Shown here: piece after piece, positions 25,686-35,204 of the stretch | Layout: each line of letters begins with the position of its first letter | Position numbering within the stretch: the stretch's first letter is position 1 | DNA from: Deltaproteobacteria bacterium | Lineage (GTDB): Bacteria; Desulfobacterota; Deferrimicrobia; Deferrimicrobiales; Deferrimicrobiaceae | Assembly: GCA_037439645.1 (NCBI GenBank) | Contig: JBBIVQ010000026.1 | Span: 1 to 39,237 of the forward strand | Length of the DNA: 39,237 nt | Direction: 5' to 3' | The notes under the pieces: model-generated | The model's database searches: none | What the model saw: the letters and a program-made list of their open reading frames with translations, nothing else | Told to the model about the DNA's origin: nothing | Program-made: the position numbers and the translations under genes

Positions 25686-26492
25686 TCAGCGCCCGGTGTA
25701 CGACTTCGCGTCGATGAACGGCATCGCCCCCCCGGTCACCTGGGGAAGCACGCCGTTCCACTTCCGGATCGCCTCCTGCATCGCCTCGATCCGCCGCAGC
25801 TCGACCAGCTCCGCGGTGATGTTCTGCCGCTGCAGCCGCAACGCCTCGGCCTCCGCCTGGGCCCCGGCGATCTTCTGCTGCGCCTCGATCTTGATCCGGT
25901 CGAGGTCCCGCTGGGCCTTGAGCGCCATCTGCTCGGCGGTCTGCTTGTTCTCGATCGCCTGGGTGAACTGCGCGCTGAACTTGAAATTGACGATCGAGAC
26001 GTCGACCACCGCGATGTGGTAATCGAGAAGCCGCGCCTTCAGCAGGTCCTTGATCTCCGTGCGGATCTTCTCCCGGTTCGTGATCAGCTCGACGGCCGTG
26101 TACCGGGCCGTTACGGCCTTCACGACCTCCTGGGTCACCGGGTCGATGACGCGCTCGTTGTAGCCCCGCCCGATGTGCTGGAAGACCCACCCGGCCTTGT
26201 CGGGAAGGATGTTGAAATTGACCGCGATCGTCGAGTGCGTGTCCTGCAGGTCCTTGGAGGCCGCCGCCGCCTCCGTCTGTTCCTTCTGGACCCGCACGTC
26301 CATCTTTTCGACCCTCTGGTAGACGGGGATCTTTACGTGGAGCCCCTCGTCCCACACCTGGGGGGAAACCGCGCCGAAATTGATGACGACCCCGCGCTGG
26401 CCGGGACCGATGATCACGAGCGAGCCGGAAAAAATCAGGAAGACGACGATCACGATCGCGGCGAACTTGATCAGGCCGGGCTTCGGTGCCAT
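25686..26492 (-). CDS. SPFH/band-7 (prohibitin-like) domain protein
   Basis: Real start MAPKPGLIKFAAIVIVVF (TM anchor) at 26492; SPFH core then coiled-coil Q/A/E-rich C-terminus. The track's upstream 139 aa are a spurious extension. Confidence 0.75.
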   Translation of the reverse strand: MAPKPGLIKFAAIVIVVFLIFSGSLVIIGPGQRGVVINFGAVSPQVWDEGLHVKIPVYQRVEKMDVRVQKEQTEAAAASKDLQDTHSTIAVNFNILPDKAGWVFQHIGRGYNERVIDPVTQEVVKAVTARYTAVELITNREKIRTEIKDLLKARLLDYHIAVVDVSIVNFKFSAQFTQAIENKQTAEQMALKAQRDLDRIKIEAQQKIAGAQAEAEALRLQRQNITAELVELRRIEAMQEAIRKWNGVLPQVTGGAMPFIDAKSYTGR

Positions 26493-26802
26493 GTGCCCAC
26501 CTCCTGGGACGGTCTTTCCTTGGGAAGATTCCGCCTGTCCGAGCGCTTCCCTGTAACGGCGGATCAGTTCGGAGAAATCGAGGCCGGCCAGGCTGGGCTC
26601 CCCTTCCGCGACACCGCCGGTTCCGTCGAACCGCGGGCGCCGCCGTTTCCCGAGACTGTACCGTAACCCCGTCGTGCTGTCCAATCGGCCATCTGCTATC
26701 CTGTCGATGCCGGAACGGAGTCCTTGCGTCGCGGCGGGCGCGACGGTTTCGGCGGGAGAAATCATGGGACACATCCGTAACGGCGAGGGGGAGGTCGGAT
26801 CG

Positions 26803-28722
26803 ATGGGGAGCGGTTCTGCTCGGGTGGCGGCACTTCTTTTCTGGGCGCTTCTCGCGTGCGGCGGTTGCGGCGCGGGAGGGAACGCGGATTCCCGGCCGAT
26901 CGTCGTCAACTCCCTTCAGGATTTGAGGACGCCTCCCGGCGACACCGTGACGCTGCGGTCGGCGATTCAGGCGATACCCCCCGGCGGCAGGATCGTATTC
27001 GACGGCTCCCTCGACGGAAGGACGATCGAGCTGGGCATCGTCGAAACGGACAATTCGGTATTGAAGGGAGAGATCTACGACAACACGATGCGATTCGTCG
27101 GGTACGGGGAAAGGAATTACGGGAAATCGGCCCTTTACGCTGCCAAGGCCCTGACGATCGACGCCTCCGCGTTGCCGCACGGGATCACCCTCCGCTGGGC
27201 CGGGGGCGACGCGAGCCCGGCCCGCGTCCTTGCCGTGTACGGCGACCTGACGATGAAAAACGTCTCCGTCACCGGGGGGTACTCCAGCGCGGAGCCGATC
27301 GCCGGAGGCGCACAACCCTACACACTGGCCCGCGGGGGCGGCCTGGCGGTCTGGGGAACCGCGACGCTCGACCGTTGCACCGTTTACGGGAACCGGTGCG
27401 CGGGCGACAACGCGGCGAGCCGGGACCGGGGCACGTATGGAGGAGGCATTTTCGCAAACGGCCTTGTCCTTACCAACTGCGTCGTGAGCGGGAACGCGGT
27501 TCTCGGCTCCGGGGCGGCGGGCGGAGGGATTTACTCGGTCGGAGGCTCGGACGGGCCCGGGATCGATTCCACGCTTGACCGTTGCACCGTCAGCGGAAAC
27601 CGCGTCACCGCGCAATTCGCTTACGGCGGGGGGATCTTCACCCTCGGGGGCGGCCCGAACTATCTGAAGTCGCTCCGTCTGACGAACTGCACGGTGGCGC
27701 GGAACGTCGTGGAGGACCACCCGGACCTCCCGCAAATCGGCGAATACTACTACCGCGGCGGCGGTGTCTACATGGGGGGAGGATACCTGTCGGTTGCCGG
27801 CTGCACCATCGCCGAAAACCGGGTGACGGGCAGCATGGTGATCTTCCACGGAAAACCGAACATGGGGGGCGGCGGCATCGCGGCCACGGTGGGGAACGCA
27901 CACGTCGTGGAAGACATCACGATTCGCCACTCGGTCGTCGTCGGGAATACCCTGAACGGAGGTGCGGACGATCTCTTCACGGGCTCGGTGCTGCAATTCT
28001 ACAGCCACGGGTACAACCTGATCGGCAGGATCGACTTCAGCCAGATCCTCGTGCCGATCCCTCCGTGGGCCTCCCTCAGCCGGAAGCATTGGCCGAAGGC
28101 GGGCGATTTCGACGACGTCGCAATTTCGGATGCGCTCGACGTCGCGGGCGCCGTCCGTCACGTCTCCGTCGTATCGGCGGGTACGGACAGCGGCCAGCAC
28201 GCACTCCTCTGGTACCCTCCGACGGGAAGGGCACTGGACCAGATCCCGGCCGGGGGCAACACCGCGGACAACATCGTGATGGCGGAGTACTCCCCGCCGA
28301 CGGGAGCGAATGGCGAATTCCTCCGTTTCGTCCTGGACACGCTGGACACCGATTACGCCGGCATTCTCGGGAGCGGTTTCGGAACAAGCTACGGGACGGC
28401 GTTCGAGGCGACATACGGCGTGCCCGTGGACAACATCGCCTGGTACATGGACCCGGCCAGGTGGCCGTCCGACGCCCAAAACATCCCCTGGATAAACTTC
28501 TGGAGGGGACTCGACAACGCGATCGGCGGTTCGCTGGGAACTGTCCGGCTCGGGGACGCGTTTTGGGGCTCGTTCGGCATCGGCCGGATCCGGATCACGG
28601 ACAACATCGTCCTCTCCGTGACATCGAGCACGCTCGGTCCGTTCCGGCCGTCGGGTCCGGACCAACTGGGCAACCCGCGCCCGAACGGGGCATACGCCGA
28701 TATCGGCGCGATCGAACGATAA
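26803..28722 (+). CDS. Lipoprotein with right-handed parallel beta-helix repeats (Pmp/choice-of-anchor-type GGGI...NC(T/V)V.GN repeats)
   Basis: GGGGGAGG SD; lipoprotein signal MGSGSARVAALLFWALLACGGCG; repeated GGGIFANGLVLTNCVVSGN / GGGIYSVGG...DRCTVSGN / GGGIFTLGG...LTNCTVARN units. Confidence 0.65.
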   Translation: MGSGSARVAALLFWALLACGGCGAGGNADSRPIVVNSLQDLRTPPGDTVTLRSAIQAIPPGGRIVFDGSLDGRTIELGIVETDNSVLKGEIYDNTMRFVGYGERNYGKSALYAAKALTIDASALPHGITLRWAGGDASPARVLAVYGDLTMKNVSVTGGYSSAEPIAGGAQPYTLARGGGLAVWGTATLDRCTVYGNRCAGDNAASRDRGTYGGGIFANGLVLTNCVVSGNAVLGSGAAGGGIYSVGGSDGPGIDSTLDRCTVSGNRVTAQFAYGGGIFTLGGGPNYLKSLRLTNCTVARNVVEDHPDLPQIGEYYYRGGGVYMGGGYLSVAGCTIAENRVTGSMVIFHGKPNMGGGGIAATVGNAHVVEDITIRHSVVVGNTLNGGADDLFTGSVLQFYSHGYNLIGRIDFSQILVPIPPWASLSRKHWPKAGDFDDVAISDALDVAGAVRHVSVVSAGTDSGQHALLWYPPTGRALDQIPAGGNTADNIVMAEYSPPTGANGEFLRFVLDTLDTDYAGILGSGFGTSYGTAFEATYGVPVDNIAWYMDPARWPSDAQNIPWINFWRGLDNAIGGSLGTVRLGDAFWGSFGIGRIRITDNIVLSVTSSTLGPFRPSGPDQLGNPRPNGAYADIGAIER

Positions 28723-28757
28723 GGCGGCGAGAGATACAACCGGAAGGCGGAGGGAAC

Positions 28758-29456
28758 ATGGAGGAACTGACCGGGAACGAAACGTGGCGGGTATTCCGGA
28801 TCATGAGCGAATTCGTGGACGGGTTCGAGTCGCTCAAGGACCTGGGGCCGGCGATCACGATCTTCGGCAGCGCGCGGACGAAACGGTCCGAGGATTGGTA
28901 CAAGACCACCGTCAAGGTCGCGGAACTGCTTGCCCGGCAGGGGTTCGCGGTCATCTCCGGCGGAGGCCCCGGGATCATGGAGGCGGCCAACCTCGGCGCG
29001 CGAAAAGGGAAGGGTGTTTCCGTAGGGCTCAATATCCAGTTGCCCATGGAGCAGAAACCGAACCGGTACCAGGACGTTTCCCTCTCCTTCCGCCACTTCT
29101 TCGCCCGGAAGGTGATGTTCGTGAAGTACGCTTCCGGGTACGTCATCATGCCCGGAGGGTTCGGGACGCTCGATGAATTCTTCGAGTCGCTCACACTGAT
29201 CCAGACGGGGAAGACCCGGCGGTTCCCGGTCGTGCTGATGGGAAGGAAGTACTGGGAAGGGCTGCTGCGATGGATGGAAGAGTCGATGGTGGACGCCGGG
29301 ACGATCTCGGCGGGCGACATGAACTTCTTCTACATCACGGACGACCCCGGGGACGCCGTCGAATACATCGTCAGGTTCCACCGCGAATCGATTCGATCGG
29401 ATGGGGAACGCAGGAAACGATCCCCGCTGCCGACCCTGAAATCCGGAAACGAGTAG
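28758..29456 (+). CDS. LOG-family protein (cytokinin riboside 5'-monophosphate phosphoribohydrolase-like, TIGR00730)
   Basis: ITIFGSAR...AVISGGGPGIMEAANLGA...GYVIMPGGFGTLDEFFE (PGGxGTxxE motif). Confidence 0.8.
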   Translation: MEELTGNETWRVFRIMSEFVDGFESLKDLGPAITIFGSARTKRSEDWYKTTVKVAELLARQGFAVISGGGPGIMEAANLGARKGKGVSVGLNIQLPMEQKPNRYQDVSLSFRHFFARKVMFVKYASGYVIMPGGFGTLDEFFESLTLIQTGKTRRFPVVLMGRKYWEGLLRWMEESMVDAGTISAGDMNFFYITDDPGDAVEYIVRFHRESIRSDGERRKRSPLPTLKSGNE

Positions 29457-29489
29457 CGGGGTGCATTCCGAAGAGCGAGGGAGAACACC

Positions 29490-29747
29490 ATGGCGAAGAA
29501 GGTCCTCATCTACACCACCCCTTGGTGCCGGGACTGCAAGGCCGCCAAGCGGTTCCTCGGGGAACACGGTATCGCTTACGAAGAGGTGGACATCGAGCAG
29601 GATCCCGAGGCGGCCGCGATCGTCATGAAGCTGAACGACGGGATGCGGAAAGTCCCCACCCTCGACGTCGAGGGGACGATCGTATCCGGGGACCGGTTCG
29701 ACGCCGCCCGCTTCGAAAAGGACCTGCGCGACGCCGGAGCCCTCTAA
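29490..29747 (+). CDS. Glutaredoxin-like (NrdH/Grx family) protein
   Basis: 85 aa, VLIYTTPWCRDCKAAKRFL CxxC thioredoxin-fold motif. Confidence 0.75.
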   Translation: MAKKVLIYTTPWCRDCKAAKRFLGEHGIAYEEVDIEQDPEAAAIVMKLNDGMRKVPTLDVEGTIVSGDRFDAARFEKDLRDAGAL

Positions 29748-30535
29748 AGCAGGAACCCGAGGACTTCGCGGTTGAAAGCGTCGGCGTTCTCCGCGAAGAG
29801 ACGGTGGGGGGCGCCCGGCAGCACGACCAGCTTCGCCCCCGGGACCCGTCCCGCGATCCGGAGCGAGTTCTCCCAATGCACGAGCCGATCCGCATCCCCC
29901 GTGATGACGAGCGTTCTCGCCCGGATCGTTTCGAGCCGGGCCGAGGCGTCGTGGGTCACCGCGGCGGACAGTTGCGCAAGGTACCCCTCCGGCGGCGTCG
30001 GATGGTCGAGACGCCGACGGATGAACCCTTCGACCTCTTCGGGGCGGTCACGGATGCAGGCGTCGGTGTAGAGGAACGGGAGCATCCGGCGCAATTCCGC
30101 CTCCCGGTCCTCTCCGTTCCTGAGAGCGAACGCCGCCATCGCCTCCGGGGAAGGGCGGACCGAGAGTTGCCCCCCCGGACCGGTGCAGCCGAGCACTAAC
30201 CCCTCCACCCGTTCCCGGTGCCGCAGCGCAACTTCCTGGGCGATCATCCCCCCAAGGGAAACGCCGAGGACGTGCGCCCGGGGGATTCCGAGGGCCCGCA
30301 ACAGCGACGCCGCGTCGTCCGCCATCTGCCCCGTCGTGTATGGACCGGGGGGAACATCGCTCTTCCCGGTCCCGCGGTTGTCGAAGACGACCACCCGGAA
30401 ATTCCGCGAAAACGGCGAAAGCTGGTGGAGCCATTCGAGGTGGTCGCTCCCCAATCCGTTGATCATGAGCAGGGGGTAACCGCTCCCGTGCTCCTCGTAA
30501 TGGATCCGAAATCCGGGAGCGTCGGTGTACGGCAT
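29744..30535 (-). CDS. Alpha/beta-fold hydrolase
   Basis: Start MPYTDAPGF at 30535; HGSGYPLLMINGLGS, nucleophile elbow GVSLGG, C-terminal His region; the stop overlaps the glutaredoxin stop (convergent). Confidence 0.7.
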   Translation of the reverse strand: MPYTDAPGFRIHYEEHGSGYPLLMINGLGSDHLEWLHQLSPFSRNFRVVVFDNRGTGKSDVPPGPYTTGQMADDAASLLRALGIPRAHVLGVSLGGMIAQEVALRHRERVEGLVLGCTGPGGQLSVRPSPEAMAAFALRNGEDREAELRRMLPFLYTDACIRDRPEEVEGFIRRRLDHPTPPEGYLAQLSAAVTHDASARLETIRARTLVITGDADRLVHWENSLRIAGRVPGAKLVVLPGAPHRLFAENADAFNREVLGFLL

Positions 30536-30617
30536 CCGGGCTTCCTTTCCGGGCCGATATCCGCCCGTGGAGGGTGATGATTCTCCCGGCGCTTCGGCTG
30601 GGGGCGCGGCGGCGGTG

Positions 30618-31997
30618 TCAGTGAACGCCGCCGGCGAGTTCCTTGACCATGGACCCCACAACCGCCTTGGCGTCCCCGAAAACCATCAGCGTCCGGTCGA
30701 GGCGGTAAAGCTCGTTCTCGATGCCGGCGAATCCAGGGCTCATCCCCCGCTTGACGACCATCACCGTCCGCGCCTTGTCCACGTCGAGGATCGGCATTCC
30801 GTAGATGGGGCTGGACCGGTCGTGACGCGCGGCCGGGTTGGTCACGTCGTTCGCCCCGAGGACGAGGGCCACGTCCGCCTGGGAGAACTCCGAGTTGGCG
30901 TCCTCCATCTCCACCAGCCGGTCGTACGGGATGTTCGCCTCCGCGAGGAGAACGTTCATGTGCCCCGGCATCCTTCCCGCGACGGGGTGGATGGCGAACT
31001 TCACCTCGACCCCCGCCTTCGACAACGCGTCGTAGAGCTCGCGGACCTTGTGTTGGGCCTGGGCCACCGCCATCCCGTACCCGGGAACGACGATCACGAG
31101 GCTCGCCGCCTGGAGGATGGCCGCCGCCTCCTCGGGGGTGGCGCTTCGCACGGGCCGTGCCTCCTCCACCGCCCCGGCCGCCGCCTGCACCTGGCCGAAC
31201 GCGCCGAACAGCACGTTCGTGAAGGAGCGGTTCATCGCCCGGCACATGATGACCGACAGGATGAAGCCGGAAGACCCGTCCAGGGCTCCCGCGACGATGA
31301 GGAGCTTGTTGTCCAGCACGAACCCCATCGCTGCGGCCGAGAGCCCCGCGTAGGAGTTGAGTAGCGAGATGACGGTCGGCATGTCGGCCCCGCCGATCGG
31401 GATGACGAGCAGGACGCCGAAGAGGAGCGACGTCCCCGCGAACAGGGGGAAAAGCCAGACGAGATCCGGACGCACGACAAGGGCGACGCCGGCCCCCACC
31501 GCGAACACAAGGAGCGACAGGTTCAGGACGTTCTGTTTCCACCAGGTGATCGGCCGAGAGGGGAGGATCCCCTGGAGCTTGCCGAACGCCATCAGGGAAG
31601 CGGTGAACGTGAGGAACCCGAGCAGGACCTCGAGTGCGAGCGCTCCCATGGTGAACCGGTCGATGCGGGGCGCCCGAAGCGTGAATTCCGCGGTACCGAC
31701 CAACGCCGCCGCGAGCGCTCCGAAGGCGTGGGAAAGGGCCGTCCGCTGCGGCACCGCGGTCATCGGCATCATCGCCATCGGCACTCCGATCACGGTGCCG
31801 GCCACGAACGCCGCGGCGATCCACCGGTAGTTCAGGATCTCGGGCCGCAGCAGCGTGCCTCCGACCGCGAGCGCCATCCCCGCGGCGCCCGTGATCACCC
31901 CCCTGCGCGCGGTCGGAACGGCCGAGAGCCACTTGAGGGCAAGGATGAAGGATGCGGCGGCGCCGAGGTACAGCAGCGGGATCGCCCGGTCGATCAT
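30618..31997 (-). CDS. pntB: NAD(P) transhydrogenase subunit beta
   Basis: Multi-TM N-terminal half plus C-terminal NADP(H)-binding domain (...VVPGYGMAVAQAQH...GRMPGHMNVLLAEA...GANDVTNPAA). Confidence 0.9.
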   Translation of the reverse strand: MIDRAIPLLYLGAAASFILALKWLSAVPTARRGVITGAAGMALAVGGTLLRPEILNYRWIAAAFVAGTVIGVPMAMMPMTAVPQRTALSHAFGALAAALVGTAEFTLRAPRIDRFTMGALALEVLLGFLTFTASLMAFGKLQGILPSRPITWWKQNVLNLSLLVFAVGAGVALVVRPDLVWLFPLFAGTSLLFGVLLVIPIGGADMPTVISLLNSYAGLSAAAMGFVLDNKLLIVAGALDGSSGFILSVIMCRAMNRSFTNVLFGAFGQVQAAAGAVEEARPVRSATPEEAAAILQAASLVIVVPGYGMAVAQAQHKVRELYDALSKAGVEVKFAIHPVAGRMPGHMNVLLAEANIPYDRLVEMEDANSEFSQADVALVLGANDVTNPAARHDRSSPIYGMPILDVDKARTVMVVKRGMSPGFAGIENELYRLDRTLMVFGDAKAVVGSMVKELAGGVH

Positions 31998-32290
31998 GGC
32001 TTTCCCTTTCCGTCCTTACGGAACATCCGCAGCATCCGGTACGTGATGAGGTACCCGCCGACGATGTTGATCATGGAGCAGGCCACCGCGACGGTCCCGA
32101 GGAGAACGGACAGGGACGATCTCTCCTCTCCGGCCACGAGGATCGATCCCACGACGGCGATCGCCGAAATGGCGTTGGTCAGGGACATGAGCGGCGTGTG
32201 CAGAAGGGGCGACACCTTGCGGATCACCTCGAACCCGAGAAAGGTGGCCAGAACGAACACATAAAGACCCTGCTCGATCTCCGGGGTCAT
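31994..32290 (-). CDS. pntA: NAD(P) transhydrogenase subunit alpha part 2 (membrane)
   Basis: 99 aa MTPEIEQGLYVFVLATFLGFEVI... three-TM PntAB alpha-2 peptide; the stop overlaps the pntB ATG (ATGA). Confidence 0.8.
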   Translation of the reverse strand: MTPEIEQGLYVFVLATFLGFEVIRKVSPLLHTPLMSLTNAISAIAVVGSILVAGEERSSLSVLLGTVAVACSMINIVGGYLITYRMLRMFRKDGKGKP

Positions 32291-33411
32291 TTCGCCGCCC
32301 CCCTCCCCTCGCGCGCCACCAGCGCACTCCGCTGGATCTCGTCCTCCGGATCGACGCGGAAGGCGCCGTCTTTCCAGAAGGCCAGCACGAACGCCGTCAG
32401 GTTGCGCGAAAACAGCGTGCTCGCATGCCACGGCATCTCCGACGGAAGGTTCAGCGGGCCGCAGATCGTGACACCGTGGTCGACGACGGTCTCCCCCGGG
32501 CGCGTCAGCTCGCAGTTCCCTCCGCCTTCCGCCGCGACGTCCACGATCACCGAACCGGCTTTCATCCCCCGGACCGCCTCCGGCCCGATCAGCCGGGGGG
32601 CCTTCACCCCGCCGATCAGCGCGGTCGTGATGACGACGTCTGCGGCGGCGCACCGGTCGGCGATCCGTTCCGCCTGTTTTCGGTAAAACTCGGGAGAAAG
32701 CTCCCGTGCGTACCCGCCGGCGTCCTGCGCGTCCTCCCCGGCATCGACACCGACGAACCGGGCCCCGAGACTTTGGACCTGCTCCCGAACCTCGGCGCGG
32801 GTGTCGGTCGCCTCGACCACGGCGCCCAGGCGCCGCGCGGTCGCGATGGCCTGCAGGCCGGCGACCCCGGCTCCGATGACGAAAACCTTCGCCGGAAGGA
32901 CGGTGCCCGCCGCGGTCGTGAGCATCGGGAAGTAGCGGGGCAGCAGGTTGGCGGCCATAAGGACCGCCTTGTATCCGGAGATGTTGGCCATCGAGGAAAG
33001 GGTGTCCATCGCTTGGGCGCGGGTGATCCTCGGGACCCGGTCCATGGCAAAGGCGATGATCCCACGCTCCGCGATCCGCCTCATCGCATCGGGGTGTCGC
33101 ACCGGGACGAGCTGTCCCACCAGCACCGCGCCGGGTCGGATCATGTCGGCCTCGTGCCGTCCCAGCGCCGCGTTGAAATCCGGCGGCTGGACTTTGAGGA
33201 CGACGTCGGCCCCCGCGAGGAGCGCGGCCGGGTCGTCTTCGACCACGGCCCCTGCCGCTTCGTACGCGTCGTCGGGGAAGAACGCGGCCGTACCCGCCCG
33301 GCGTTCGATCGCCACCACGATGCCCGCCTTCACCAGCTTCGCGCACGATTCGGGTACCAGGGCGACGCGGCGCTCCGCCGGAAGGATTTCCCTGACCACC
33401 GCGATCTTCAT
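32287..33411 (-). CDS. pntA: NAD(P) transhydrogenase subunit alpha part 1 (AlaDH/PNT domain)
   Basis: Start MKIAVVREILPAERRVALVPE at 33411; Rossmann VFVIGAGVAGLQAIATARRLGA. Confidence 0.85.
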   Translation of the reverse strand: MKIAVVREILPAERRVALVPESCAKLVKAGIVVAIERRAGTAAFFPDDAYEAAGAVVEDDPAALLAGADVVLKVQPPDFNAALGRHEADMIRPGAVLVGQLVPVRHPDAMRRIAERGIIAFAMDRVPRITRAQAMDTLSSMANISGYKAVLMAANLLPRYFPMLTTAAGTVLPAKVFVIGAGVAGLQAIATARRLGAVVEATDTRAEVREQVQSLGARFVGVDAGEDAQDAGGYARELSPEFYRKQAERIADRCAAADVVITTALIGGVKAPRLIGPEAVRGMKAGSVIVDVAAEGGGNCELTRPGETVVDHGVTICGPLNLPSEMPWHASTLFSRNLTAFVLAFWKDGAFRVDPEDEIQRSALVAREGRGAAK

Positions 33412-33602
33412 CACGCTCAGCCACCTCCCCGGTAAGGATCCGCCCCGCGCTTGCTGATTAGATGCGATTTCGAGGTCAAGTTCCGCGCGGAAAACGTCCG
33501 CGGCGAGGAGGGTCGGAAATCGATCGGCCAGGTATCCCCACGACCGCAACCCGCGGGGTCGCGGGGCATCAAAACATTACCGTACCGTGGAGGGAAAATC
33601 CG

Positions 33603-34352
33603 ATGAACCTTCATTCGATGCGTGCGGCAAGGTCCACCGAAGCGTGGCTGTCGGCCTTTCCGTTCGGGGAAGAGCTCTCCCGGCGCGGAGCGGATCTCCT
33701 GCGGGGCGCCATCGGGGCACGGTCGTATCCGGCCGGAGCCGTCCTGCTCGAAGCGGGGCAATCGTGCGAGGAGGCTCTTCTCGTGACGAGGGGGACGATC
33801 CGCGTGTACACCACCTCCCCTTGCGGGCGCGAAATCACTCTTTATCTCGTCTCCGAAAAAGAGATGTGCCTCTTCGGGGTATCGTGCCTCCTGAGCGACA
33901 CCCGGTACCCGGCGCGCGCCGTCGCCAAGGTCGACACCGAAGCGTTGGGGATCCCGGCACCCGCCTTCCGCCGTCTCTTCCGGGAGGAACCGCCGGTGCA
34001 GCGCTTCGTTCTCGATGCCTTCTCCTCCCGCCTCCTGTCCGTTACACGGCTGGTCGAAGATGTGGCGTTCCTCCGGCTGGAGGAACGTCTCGCGGAATTC
34101 CTGCGGAAAGAGGCGATCCGCGACACCGGTGGGACCTGCTTGGTCCCGTTGAGCCACGAGGAGATCGCCGCTCACCTCGGAACGGCAAGGGAAGTGGTCA
34201 GCCGTCTCCTCTCGCAGATGGAAAGCGACGGTCGGGTCCGCCTCGAGCGAAGGAAGGTACGGTTCAACGACTCGAACGGATCGCGACCGGCACATCCTGC
34301 GATGGCCCCTGCGATGAATCCGGTAAAAGGTTCTCCTGAGGGATTCCCTTAG
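33603..34352 (+). CDS. Crp/Fnr-family transcriptional regulator
   Basis: cNMP-binding-like N-terminal domain and C-terminal HTH (LSHEEIAAHLGTAREVVSRLLSQME). Confidence 0.75.
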   Translation: MNLHSMRAARSTEAWLSAFPFGEELSRRGADLLRGAIGARSYPAGAVLLEAGQSCEEALLVTRGTIRVYTTSPCGREITLYLVSEKEMCLFGVSCLLSDTRYPARAVAKVDTEALGIPAPAFRRLFREEPPVQRFVLDAFSSRLLSVTRLVEDVAFLRLEERLAEFLRKEAIRDTGGTCLVPLSHEEIAAHLGTAREVVSRLLSQMESDGRVRLERRKVRFNDSNGSRPAHPAMAPAMNPVKGSPEGFP

Positions 34353-34445
34353 TGCTGCGTTTCATAATTACGGTAACGTATCCGGACGCAGGGCGCAGCG
34401 GGGGGGTTCCAAGCAGCGTCACCGTATTTATGGGATCGAGTACTT

Positions 34446-34461
34446 GGTGACCCGCGTCACA
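34446..34461. promoter_or_regulatory. CRP-type palindromic box GGTGA-N6-TCACA about 85 bp upstream of the cytochrome P460 gene
   Basis: Seen directly: ggtgacccgcgtcaca (consensus TGTGA-N6-TCACA, 9/10 half-site matches). Confidence 0.45.
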
Positions 34462-34541
34462 GACGGGGCCGCCTCCGCAATCCATGATGGGACCATGCGG
34501 CGGGTCTGTTCCCGCACGCCATCAACCGAAGGAGGATTCCG

Positions 34542-35036
34542 ATGGAGAAGGAACTTCGCTTCACGAACCGATGGTTTCCTGTGATCGCGGTCGCGCTGGG
34601 GCTCACGCTTGCCGCCACAACGGTATTGTCCGGAGAGGGGACCCCCGCGTTTCCGAAAGAGTTCCGTTCATGGACACACACCAAGTCGATGGTCATCCCG
34701 GACAAGAACCACGGTCTGTACGGTTTCCACGACATCTACGCGAACAAGGCGGCACTCGCCTCCCTGAAAAAAGGTGGAACGTTCAAGGAAGGGTCGGCGA
34801 TGATGGTTACCTTCCACGACGTGGTCGTGGACGGGGGGGCGACCTCGCAAGGGAAGAAATTGTGGAACGCATACATGAAGAAGGAAAAGTCGGCGGTGAA
34901 GACCGGCGGATGGATGTTCGCGGCCTTCGAACCGGACGGAAAACCGAAGACGATCGATCCGGTGAAGGACTGTTTCGAGTGCCACCGGAACGGCGCGAAG
35001 AGCACCGATTTCGTGTTTCACAAGTACATCGATTGA
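34542..35036 (+). CDS. Cytochrome P460 family protein (periplasmic, mono-heme c)
   Basis: Signal/TM N-terminus; CFECH heme-binding motif near the C-terminus; size (164 aa) and pattern fit cytochrome P460. Confidence 0.65.
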   Translation: MEKELRFTNRWFPVIAVALGLTLAATTVLSGEGTPAFPKEFRSWTHTKSMVIPDKNHGLYGFHDIYANKAALASLKKGGTFKEGSAMMVTFHDVVVDGGATSQGKKLWNAYMKKEKSAVKTGGWMFAAFEPDGKPKTIDPVKDCFECHRNGAKSTDFVFHKYID

Positions 35037-35204
35037 CGCCGCACTCCGGGCCGGCGGACCGCCTCGCGGATCCGCCGCCCAGCTTTTCACATTCCTCGGC
35101 GTTCCCCCGGATCTTGGGGACGATTGCACGGAACGATTCCGGCGTACACCGGCGGGGGGACGCCCCGGCTTCCTGGGCCGCCCGCCGATCTATAATGAGA
35201 GGCG

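Noticed and set aside
24070-28665. 1531-aa minus-strand ORF (and many other long R/P/G-rich ORFs, e.g. 6657..8612 +, 7801..9309 -, 18141..20138 +, 9373..10164 -)
   Set aside because: Antisense or shadow ORFs typical of high-GC DNA. They overlap well-supported genes on the other strand or frame (hemY, SPFH, beta-helix lipoprotein, primase, AhbD-like), have low-complexity Arg/Pro/Gly composition and no motifs.
30463-31932. 489-aa minus-strand ORF overlapping pntB in another frame
   Set aside because: Arg/Gly/Pro-rich shadow ORF. The pntB frame carries the conserved transhydrogenase beta motifs.
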